A stretch of 64,000 nt of DNA from Omnitrophica WOR_2 bacterium GWF2_43_52 (lineage in GTDB: Bacteria; Omnitrophota; Gorgyraeia; Gygaellales; UBA12090). The translations under genes were made by a program, and so were the position numbers. Within the stretch, counting starts at the first letter, position 1; every line of letters starts with the position of its first letter. Positions 56,604 to 64,000 of this stretch are shown in pieces. Where the stretch lies: NCBI GenBank assembly GCA_001805445.1, contig MHGF01000003.1, forward strand, positions 184,429 through 248,428, read 5' to 3'. A model generated the notes under the pieces. It searched no databases. It saw nothing but the letters and a program-made list of their open reading frames with translations, and was not told where the DNA came from.

Positions 56604-57606
56604 AAGCGATCACACCCATCAAGACATAAGCTTAAAAGATTTACTTGATATCCAGAAATGGCAGGAAATCCAGGATGATTTCTCTGACATAACCGGTATT
56701 TGCCTGCGTATCGTAAGCCCTGAAGGTAATCTCATTGCCTCCTCCTGCGAAAAAGCAACCTTATGCACCGAGGTACTCAGAAACAGCCCGACAAAGAACA
56801 GGCTCTGCGGGACATGCCTGCCGACCTTTTTATCAGGGAAAGCAGTAGTAGACAAGAATTTGAGTTTTTATTGCGACGCGGGCATGTATAACTTTATTTC
56901 TCCGCTTATAGCCCATCACGATAAAATCTTAGGATACCTTATCATGGGGCCTGTCATTTTAGTCATGCGTCAGCCTAAAGAGGCCTACGAAACCATTGCC
57001 CATGAATTCAGCGTGGAATTAGAGGATTTTTGGAACGCGCTCTTAGAAATCAAGGCTATCTCTTTCCATTACGCGCAATCGCTCATGAAAGTAATACAAA
57101 ATGTCGCGGAGTATATGCTGCAATCATCTTCACGAGGCAAAGAGGAAACATACGCAGCTCTTCCGGCCAACACTAAAGAAGCATTAACGAAGCGCTTCGA
57201 GGCATTTTTAGACGTAGCATTTGAGTTAAGCAAAGCAGATATAGGTTCGGTAATGTCCTTACCTAAGGATACCAATGAGCTGACCATAGAAGCCGCCAAG
57301 GGCATACCCGATGCTATTGTAAAAAATACAAGAGTAACACTGGGAAACGGAATTGCCGGACTCGCGGCAGAAGAGGGGATATCGCTTTTATTAGATAACA
57401 CGGTAGCCGATAACAGGCTGCTTCACTATTTCAAAAGGCCACACCTTAATTCTTCGATGGTTATCCCTTTTAAAACAGAAGAGGGGAGAGTACTTGGAGT
57501 ATTAAATGTAGGCGCGCTCAATACGTCTCAAGTCCACTTTAATAAGAATACCCTGCAGATGATGGACACCTTCGCGCGGCTTGCGGCTGTTTCGATGCAA
57601 CCGTAG
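56587..57606 (+). CDS. PocR ligand-binding domain + GAF protein (no output domain)
   Basis: L.DLLDI..WQEIQD.FS.ITG, LC...C..C, CDAGM.NF.SP, GYLIMGPV (PocR); C-terminal GAF (LGNGIAGLAA, SSMVIP, LGVLNV). Confidence 0.8.
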   Translation: MPEEHKSDHTHQDISLKDLLDIQKWQEIQDDFSDITGICLRIVSPEGNLIASSCEKATLCTEVLRNSPTKNRLCGTCLPTFLSGKAVVDKNLSFYCDAGMYNFISPLIAHHDKILGYLIMGPVILVMRQPKEAYETIAHEFSVELEDFWNALLEIKAISFHYAQSLMKVIQNVAEYMLQSSSRGKEETYAALPANTKEALTKRFEAFLDVAFELSKADIGSVMSLPKDTNELTIEAAKGIPDAIVKNTRVTLGNGIAGLAAEEGISLLLDNTVADNRLLHYFKRPHLNSSMVIPFKTEEGRVLGVLNVGALNTSQVHFNKNTLQMMDTFARLAAVSMQP

Positions 57607-57612
57607 CGCTCT

Positions 57613-58932
57613 TTATTTGACCCGCCGAAAACCGGAAGAGAGAATTTTCAAGCCTTCCCGGTACTTAGCAACCGTCCTTCTTGAAACATCTATTTTTCTT
57701 TCTTTGAGAAGATAACGTGTTATTTCCTGATCACTCAAAGGGTGTTTTTTATCTTCCTGCTCAATGCATTCTTTAATGATGGATTTAATCTGGCCTGAAG
57801 AAAAAGATTCCCCGTCTTTACCGTTGATACGGCTGGTAAAGAAGTTTTTTAAGGCTATAACAGACCCCTCGGGTAATTCCACGTATTTATTCATCACTGC
57901 CCGGCAGACCGTGGTTTCATGAAGAGAAAGCCTTTTGGCTACTTCTTTAAAGGTAAGCGGCTTAAGGCTGGAAAAATCATTAAGCAAGGCCTCCTGCTGG
58001 ATATCCACCAAAACCTGCATGATTTTTAAGAGTGTTTCTTTTCTTTTAGAAACAGCCTGTACCAACTCAAGGGCGTAACGAAGTTTATCGCTTAAAAACT
58101 CCTTGGCCTCTTTATCATCACGGTGTTTCTTTAAAAGAGAGCGGTAAGATTCATTAATACGTATGCTAAAACTATCTTCATTATTGATGGTAACCTTGAT
58201 GCACTCGGCATCATGAGTAATAATAACGTCAGGAATCACTGCCTGCGGCTCTTCCTGGGAATAATTGCGGCCTGGTTTGGGGTCAAGCCGTACTATTTTT
58301 TTTATCGCTAATTCAACTTCATCAAGGGGTTGTTTAAGGCTCTTGGCGATATGGCTATAGTTTTTCCTTGCGACATCCTCAAGATGAAATTGAATAATCA
58401 TTTCTACCAAAGGCTCATTTTCTCCCAGTGATTTCTGCTGAATAAGCAGGCATTCTGAAATTGAGCGCGCGCCAATTCCGGCAGGCTCAAACTGCTGAAT
58501 AAGGCGAAGTACGCTTTCAACATTGGTTAAAGGCAGATTGACCGCGAGGGCTATTCTGTCCAGGGGAGTAGTCAAGTAACCGTTTTCATCCAAATTGCCA
58601 ATAATTTCCTGCCCAATAAGCAACGTCTGATCATCATCAGCAAACATACTCAATTGTCTCAAGAGCACATCCTGTAAAGAGATTTTCTGGGTAATTAAGC
58701 TCAAGCGGTAATTAGACTCCTCATTATGGTAACCTGCTTGAGCGCTGCGAAAACGTAGGTTCTTGTCCTGTGGCTTGGATAAAGGCCTAAATTCCTCAAG
58801 AAAGGGATTTGCATCCAATTCCTGCTGAATAGCAGTAATCAGGTCTGCCTGGGGTAAGGTTAATATCTGCAGCGATTGCTGAAGGCGGGGAAGTAAATAT
58901 GTCCTTAATTCTGGGCGTTGTCTGATTTCCAT
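57613..58932 (-). CDS. rpoN: RNA polymerase sigma-54 factor
   Basis: PRLQQSLQIL...ELDANPFLE; GNLDENGYL; EPAGIGARS..ECL; LHETTVCRA; RpoN box SRRTVAKYRE. Confidence 0.96.
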   Translation of the reverse strand: MEIRQRPELRTYLLPRLQQSLQILTLPQADLITAIQQELDANPFLEEFRPLSKPQDKNLRFRSAQAGYHNEESNYRLSLITQKISLQDVLLRQLSMFADDDQTLLIGQEIIGNLDENGYLTTPLDRIALAVNLPLTNVESVLRLIQQFEPAGIGARSISECLLIQQKSLGENEPLVEMIIQFHLEDVARKNYSHIAKSLKQPLDEVELAIKKIVRLDPKPGRNYSQEEPQAVIPDVIITHDAECIKVTINNEDSFSIRINESYRSLLKKHRDDKEAKEFLSDKLRYALELVQAVSKRKETLLKIMQVLVDIQQEALLNDFSSLKPLTFKEVAKRLSLHETTVCRAVMNKYVELPEGSVIALKNFFTSRINGKDGESFSSGQIKSIIKECIEQEDKKHPLSDQEITRYLLKERKIDVSRRTVAKYREGLKILSSGFRRVK

Positions 58933-58938
58933 ACTATA

Positions 58939-58966
58939 AGTATAACATAGTTTTGCCTAATTTCAA
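58939..58966 (-). promoter_or_regulatory. Sigma70 promoter of rpoN, probably leaderless
   Basis: Minus strand TTGAAA-N16-TATACT with TGn extension; 6 nt between -10 and ATG; no SD. Confidence 0.6.
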
Positions 58967-59169
58967 GTAGGGCATCCTTCTGGCTAACTTCCTATAATAT
59001 ATCTTATGTTAACTACAGCCTATAGAGTTTATGCTCTTTGCCTGTTGCTTTGTAATAGGTTGCGTAATCTAGCTGTTATTCTGCCTTATTTACTCAACGA
59101 ATCGGAATTTGCACTTGTTGCTTATGCGCAAATTAGCTTATGGGCATTTGGGGAAACGGATACTCATCC

Positions 59170-59667
59170 CTATCGGTAATTGCAAAAATTCAGCGCCAAA
59201 GGAAAGTCTATAGCCTTAAGATGAGCAATGACTGCCTGCAGTTCGTCTTTTTTACCGGAGCTTACTTTCAATTTTTCGCCTTCAATTTGAGCCTGAATTT
59301 TGCTATTAAACTCTTTAATAATTTTAACTAAATCCTTGGCTTTTTCCTTAGGGATACCCATGGTTATTTCGACTTTTTGGCGCATTGTTCCTTCAAATGC
59401 CCTTTGCGGCTCTCCAAAAACAAGCGACTTGAGCGAAATACCCCGCTTTACCATTTTGGTACACAAAATATCGGTCAAAGCCTGTAATTTTGTGTCATCA
59501 TCAGCGATTAGGATAAGCTCCTTGGCATTTCGGTCTAAATCCACGGATGCCTTGCTATTTCTGAAATCATAGCGCTGGGAAAGCTCTTTCTTAGCCTGAT
59601 TGACCGCGTTATCCGCTTCCTGAAGGTTTACTTCTGATACAATGTCAAATGAGCAGGTTTCTGCCAT
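59170..59667 (-). CDS. yajQ: YajQ family nucleotide (c-di-GMP)-binding protein
   Basis: SFDIVSEV...NAVNQA.KE...RYDF; QAQIEGEKLKVS.GKKDELQ; F.NYR. Confidence 0.95.
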   Translation of the reverse strand: MAETCSFDIVSEVNLQEADNAVNQAKKELSQRYDFRNSKASVDLDRNAKELILIADDDTKLQALTDILCTKMVKRGISLKSLVFGEPQRAFEGTMRQKVEITMGIPKEKAKDLVKIIKEFNSKIQAQIEGEKLKVSSGKKDELQAVIAHLKAIDFPLALNFCNYR

Positions 59668-59812
59668 ATAAACTATCCTCCTGTAATAATTAATAACAGC
59701 TGCTTTTTTTGTAACCGATTTTTAAAGTTAGTAACCATTAGTAATCGCTATTAACTATCTTATTTTACCTTATTCTAAAGATTAGCCCTGATTTTTACCC
59801 CGGCAAATCTGC

Positions 59813-60091
59813 CTAAGCATTGATGCGGCTAAGGATTTTCGCGTAAACATCTCTCCTATTGCCGATTTTAAGGATAAAGATAGAATTTCCCTGGATTTTG
59901 TGTATTACGCGGTAATCGCCGACACGCAATTTACGATATCCTTCCAAATTCCGTTTTAAAGGCTCACTTGCGACCTCAGGATTAGCAAGAAGCCTTTCTT
60001 CAATAGCGCGTCTTATTGTTACTTTTATGTTCTGGGGAAGCCTTTTCAAATCATTTGGGATATCCGGATGGTAAAAAACTTCGTAGGCCAT
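59813..60091 (-). CDS. Type II toxin, RelE/ParE family
   Basis: PLKRNLEGYRKLRVGDYRVIH...ILKIGNRRDVY. Confidence 0.9.
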   Translation of the reverse strand: MAYEVFYHPDIPNDLKRLPQNIKVTIRRAIEERLLANPEVASEPLKRNLEGYRKLRVGDYRVIHKIQGNSIFILKIGNRRDVYAKILSRINA

Positions 60092-60097
60092 AAGTCT

Positions 60098-60325
60098 TTA
60101 TCCCCAGACTTGTTTATGGGTTAGGGCAGTTTTATTTGAAAACGTCTTTTCGCGGGATTCAGCCGTCTTGGCCCAATATCCGTCTTCGTAGCTTTCAAGC
60201 GCCTCACGAATCAAATCCCTAGCCTTAAAAGACAAGGAAACACGATCCTTTTGGGCAAGATGCCGCAGCGCCATATACAAAGGCGCCTCCAAAACAACAT
60301 TCAAACGCGGGTTTTTAGTAGCCAT
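60098..60325 (-). CDS. RHH-type antitoxin
   Basis: NPRLNVVL...LA...VSLS.KARDLIREALESYED...LTHKQVW; upstream of the toxin; RBS GGAGG. Confidence 0.85.
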   Translation of the reverse strand: MATKNPRLNVVLEAPLYMALRHLAQKDRVSLSFKARDLIREALESYEDGYWAKTAESREKTFSNKTALTHKQVWG

Positions 60326-60345
60326 ATATTTTTACCTCCAAAAAT

Positions 60346-60374
60346 AGTGTATCATAAGTGATGAACCTTGTCAA
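60346..60374 (-). promoter_or_regulatory. Sigma70 promoter of the second TA operon
   Basis: Minus strand TTGACA-N17-TACACT with TGn extension. Confidence 0.75.
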
Positions 60375-60682
60375 GGATGGATTTATAATTCCGCACGGAA
60401 GTCTGGGAATCCACGCGCCCGCACGGGGCGCGATGTTTTCTCAATGGACATCTCAAGAGCAGTTAGGTCTATTTAAATCCTTTCTATCTTGTCAATAAAA
60501 CAGAACCGTCCCCTTTTTCCTGATAACGGCCTCCATTGATGAAAATATTTCTTCATCTCTGTGGCGCATTGTTGGGTCAGATTTATCTGCTCTAACCATA
60601 AACCGAGCTTATCCTTAAAACCTTTGTGCTTCTCCCAGATATTATTGATTTCGAAAATAATCATTGTCTATATTTGTTTCTG

Positions 60683-61139
60683 TTAGTGCGTATCAAAATC
60701 ATTGTATTTTTCCTTAGACACGTATCTCTAACAATGCCTGCCCAAGTGGTTCTTTTTCTTCAACAAACCGGACATCCATTCTCTTGATCCGCTCGCGCGC
60801 GTCATCAAATGCTTTCCTAAAAGGCGTATTATTCTTTAATAGGTCTTTCCGTGATCCCGATGGCCGATACGATGCGCTTAGCCGTTCGGTAGCGTGCCGC
60901 GCCAAAAGAAAGGCAAATGTCGCCATATTATGAGAGGGCCGCGTGTGATTACGGAGTCGACGTTTAAGATTGTTTGTCCGGCCAACGTAGAGAGGCTTAT
61001 CGTTTTCAGAAAACAGATATATCCCAGCTTCATGCTCATACTTCTTCGGAACTGTATTCCACGTAAACGGCAAGGATTCCCTGAGATGATCGTATTTTCT
61101 ATCAACGTCTGTCATGATTTTATTAAATTTATTTTTCAT
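60683..61139 (-). pseudogene. GIY-YIG nuclease-like gene with a probable 3' frameshift
   Basis: GIYLFSE...LYVGRTNNLKRRL; the main frame stops at 60714 (LEIRV*), while an adjacent frame continues YVSKEKYNDFDTH* to 60683. Confidence 0.6.
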
Positions 61140-61376
61140 AAATCTTCTCAACATTCAGAAGAAATCCTACAATTAATTGGACTTCTTGAGCTTCACGATC
61201 AAGGCGGCGCGGTTAATGTCGGGGAAATATTCTTCGGTCATAACGCAGATACTTTCAAATTAACGAGCTGCACTAAAAAACCTCTGTTCAATAAATACAA
61301 TTACATTATTAGACGCCATCTCTATAACATTTTCTTTCCTTCACCATTCTTTTCTTCTCTGTCCTTCACTACAACT

Positions 61377-62006
61377 TTATACGTCAATCACTATGGGCTG
61401 ATTGACCACATCATAGTCTTCGTTCAAGACGGAACAATTGACGTATGTTGTATCTTTTGTTTTCTGAATGCCGTAACCGCCATGAATATGCCCATGGATG
61501 ACATACGGGATCTTTAGTTTCTCAACTCTATTGGCCAAGGTTCTACTGCCCCAATGATCGCCCTGAAGCTCGGCAGTATCCAAATAGCCATGAGCGGGCC
61601 CATGCGTTAAAAGCACATCAGTATTTTGAGGTATCTTGCTCCAATGATACCGGTCGAGATTCTCCTCCGATTCCATGAACGCCCAATTCAAGAATGTTAT
61701 CGTCATCGGAGATGCCCATAATGCCATGCCGTTAGGCAAGGTATACGATTGGTTTTTCAAATAAACCGCTTTAGTTAAATACTTCCCGGCCTCATTCGGG
61801 AACCGCTCACAGAAAAAGTCATGATTCCCCGCGATAACAATAACAAGCTTGTGCCTTAATTCTGAAAGCCAGTTATTAAAGTCAATCAAATCTAATGCCG
61901 AACGAAATTCCCCATCACCCGCAAAGAGCAAAACATCGCCATCAGGAACCTGAAGTTTCCGGTGCTTGGCATGAGTATCTCCTATAACGACTACACGCAT
62001 TAACAC
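61377..62006 (-). CDS. Calcineurin-like metallophosphoesterase
   Basis: GDTH, AGD, AGNHD, THGP and HGHIH motifs. Confidence 0.92.
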   Translation of the reverse strand: MLMRVVVIGDTHAKHRKLQVPDGDVLLFAGDGEFRSALDLIDFNNWLSELRHKLVIVIAGNHDFFCERFPNEAGKYLTKAVYLKNQSYTLPNGMALWASPMTITFLNWAFMESEENLDRYHWSKIPQNTDVLLTHGPAHGYLDTAELQGDHWGSRTLANRVEKLKIPYVIHGHIHGGYGIQKTKDTTYVNCSVLNEDYDVVNQPIVIDV

Positions 62007-62295
62007 CTATTCCAATTCAGTTATTTCCTTTTTGGAAACAACTTGCCTTATTTAACGCCTTCCATCGCCTTATTGATCCGTTCAAGCGCCTTATCCAGAT
62101 CGAAATTATCGCGTTCAATTGGGGATAGAACGTCAAACAATTCAGCTTCGATACGAGAACGCATATCATCAATCTCAGTGTAAATATTTCTTAAGAGCGG
62201 GAAACCGATCCCACATAGCCAGCATAAATGAAGCTATTGAGATGATACCTATAAAAAATGACCACAAATCGATTTTTCCCATTTCACCTTCTCTG

Positions 62296-62838
62296 CTATA
62301 CCTGCATAGCTTTCAGAATCAAATCCAACTCTGAAACTTGCGCTCTTCGGCCATCAAGCATTGTTTTAGGAAATTTAGCCACATACGACCGCTTATCCAT
62401 CTTTTTTTCTTCAGATATATACTCGGTATGGAAATCACGCTTACAGTTATCAGACGTGGCACTTGCCTGTGAAAATCCGGGATGTCCCAGTATCGCTAAA
62501 AATAACCCCTCAATGCAGGGAGTCGCTGTTAGTATTTCTACGCGCGGTCGCTTTTTCATTCGATCGGATAATTTATAATCTGTTTCAAGCGGCCTATCGG
62601 CATCAAATAGCACATAACACTTATCGTAAGCTCTACTTCCACGTAAACGTATTGCTTTTTGAACCACGCAACATGGCGACCCGCCTGAACCACATTCAAC
62701 CTTGACGGCACAATCAAAATCCCGGGCGACGTATAATTCCTTGAGATACTGCAAGAAAGCTTTATCAGTGGGGCCTTCCCCTACTATGAGAATTGTTGTT
62801 TTTGTGTTTCTGGTCGGTTTTATTCGTCTTGGTGTCAT
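62296..62838 (-). CDS. RloB-like (TOPRIM-like) protein
   Basis: ILIVGEGPTDKAFL, YDKCYVLFDAD, TPCIEGLFL; immediately downstream of an AAA_21-type ATPase. Confidence 0.75.
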   Translation of the reverse strand: MTPRRIKPTRNTKTTILIVGEGPTDKAFLQYLKELYVARDFDCAVKVECGSGGSPCCVVQKAIRLRGSRAYDKCYVLFDADRPLETDYKLSDRMKKRPRVEILTATPCIEGLFLAILGHPGFSQASATSDNCKRDFHTEYISEEKKMDKRSYVAKFPKTMLDGRRAQVSELDLILKAMQV

Positions 62839-62850
62839 ATTGCGGCTCCT

Positions 62851-64000
62851 TTATAGGTTGGGAACCGCACCATAAGCACCGGCCATGTATTTTGCGTAAA
62901 TATTATCGTCTCGCCGCACTCCCTTTAGCTCATCAAGCCGATATAGTTCGCTCTTACACTCTTGTTTTTTTTCGACCAATACAATTTGTTCTTTTTCAAG
63001 ATGATTGAGAACTTCTAATGAATGCGAAGTAAAAAGAAGCTGACTATTTTTGGGGTTAGTAGCAGGGTTAGCGAATAACTCAATTATTTGCGGCACGGCA
63101 TGAGGATGCAAGTCAATCTCAAGCTCATCTATTACTGCAAGCCCACCCTGCTCAATAGCTGACAAAAGAAAATGCAATAGCACAAACATATTTTTCGTGC
63201 CGCTGGATTCAAAAGCCAATGGCAATTTATATTGCTTATCCTTGACCTTATGCACGCCATATGGCAAATAAACTTTTCTTGCTTCTCCTGTCTTAGGATT
63301 ACGCGCTTCGCCCTCTTCAATTAATATACCTTCAAGACCAAGATCTATATCTTTTAAGAATTGAACAACCTTAACAAAAAGATTTTGATTTTTATTATAG
63401 GCCTCAGTAGCTTCAAATAATCCGCGTTCGCCAAGCGAAGAAGTATCCCATGATTTTCCCATGCGATTAACGTTGCTAATAATCTTCTCCCAAAACCCAG
63501 CAATATCAGTAAGAAAATCGTTTTTTATTGCGACAGATGCAGCAATTAAAGACACATTCTTGCGCAAAATTTCTTTAAGTATCTCCGTCTTTAAATTTAT
63601 GCGCTGAACAATATCAGAACTCTCCGCCTGAGCGTTCCAATTTCTTTTGAATATATAATTAAAATGTTGCGTGTCTTCTTTGCGGTATAGCTCTTCCTTT
63701 ACGACATGAGTTTTGCATAGATGCAGAATATATTTATAGACAACATCTCTGTGATCAAAAACCAATTCGAATTCTGATACGCTCTCTTTGTCCTCTGAGA
63801 ACGCAAAATTATCGACAGGAATTGATTCCTTTTCCCCTTCTAACCCGACAAAAGAATTCCGTACAAACCAACTAAGAAAAGCCAGCGCCTTAAGAGCGCT
63901 TGTTTTACCAGAGGCATTAGGCCCGATCACAATCATGACCTTACTGAGACGATCGCCTAACGGTGTGTCACAGAACATATTACTTTTTGTTTCCACTCCC
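62851..64000 (-). CDS. AAA/ABC-type ATPase (RloA/AbiL-like), probably 5'-truncated by the window edge
   Basis: GPNASGKT Walker A; ESSGTK signature; IDELEIDLHP Walker B; QLLFTSH; Y..G.YGAVP. Confidence 0.88.
   Translation of the reverse strand, partial: GVETKSNMFCDTPLGDRLSKVMIVIGPNASGKTSALKALAFLSWFVRNSFVGLEGEKESIPVDNFAFSEDKESVSEFELVFDHRDVVYKYILHLCKTHVVKEELYRKEDTQHFNYIFKRNWNAQAESSDIVQRINLKTEILKEILRKNVSLIAASVAIKNDFLTDIAGFWEKIISNVNRMGKSWDTSSLGERGLFEATEAYNKNQNLFVKVVQFLKDIDLGLEGILIEEGEARNPKTGEARKVYLPYGVHKVKDKQYKLPLAFESSGTKNMFVLLHFLLSAIEQGGLAVIDELEIDLHPHAVPQIIELFANPATNPKNSQLLFTSHSLEVLNHLEKEQIVLVEKKQECKSELYRLDELKGVRRDDNIYAKYMAGAYGAVPNL

Noticed and set aside
60396-60432. GC-rich hairpin CGCGCCC-GCACG-GGGCGCG as a tRNA fragment or att site
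   Set aside because: No cloverleaf, T-loop or CCA features and no matching second copy in the window.
60473-60664. 63-aa minus-strand ORF
   Set aside because: No recognisable domain; it lies among gene fragments and cannot be supported as a real gene.
1-64000. rRNA, tRNA or other known structured RNA genes
   Set aside because: None recognised; intergenic spaces are short and accounted for by promoters or repeats (no covariance search was run).

Overview
A bacterial window of moderate GC. The gene and repeat content is reminiscent of Candidatus Omnitrophota or a related phylum, but that assignment is only an inference. It is dominated by one large cell-surface locus. (1) Bases ~1-29.5 kb are a Wzx/Wzy-type exopolysaccharide cluster with many GT2/GT4 enzymes, tailoring enzymes, two radical SAM proteins and a PL26-like lyase. 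(2) An exosortase and EpsI are followed by a sigma54 promoter driving a priming phosphoglycosyl transferase that carries an INTERNAL PEP-CTERM sorting signal, then a tandem array of five PEP-CTERM proteins. (3) An N-acyl amino acid synthase (FeeM-like) lipid cluster contains an AMP ligase, a B12 radical SAM, a Lol-like ABC/LolA-like/outer-membrane-barrel export module, a second FeeM-like synthase, a PilZ protein and an ACS-ACP-PlsC fusion. (4) A PrsK/PrsR/PrsT-like regulatory operon lies next to rpoN and yajQ. (5) A small decaying TA/defence island sits at the right end. The window is also full of short repeats: REPs around a RAYT transposase, CCCTCTCCC/GGGAGAGGG palindromes around a DUF559 nuclease, 7-8-mer tandem repeats, nested CCTGCC/GGCAGG palindromes and a MITE. 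Many of these lie in-frame inside proteins. An IS481-family element is also present. No rRNA, tRNA or CRISPR array was seen. All calls come from motif reading only; no database search was run.
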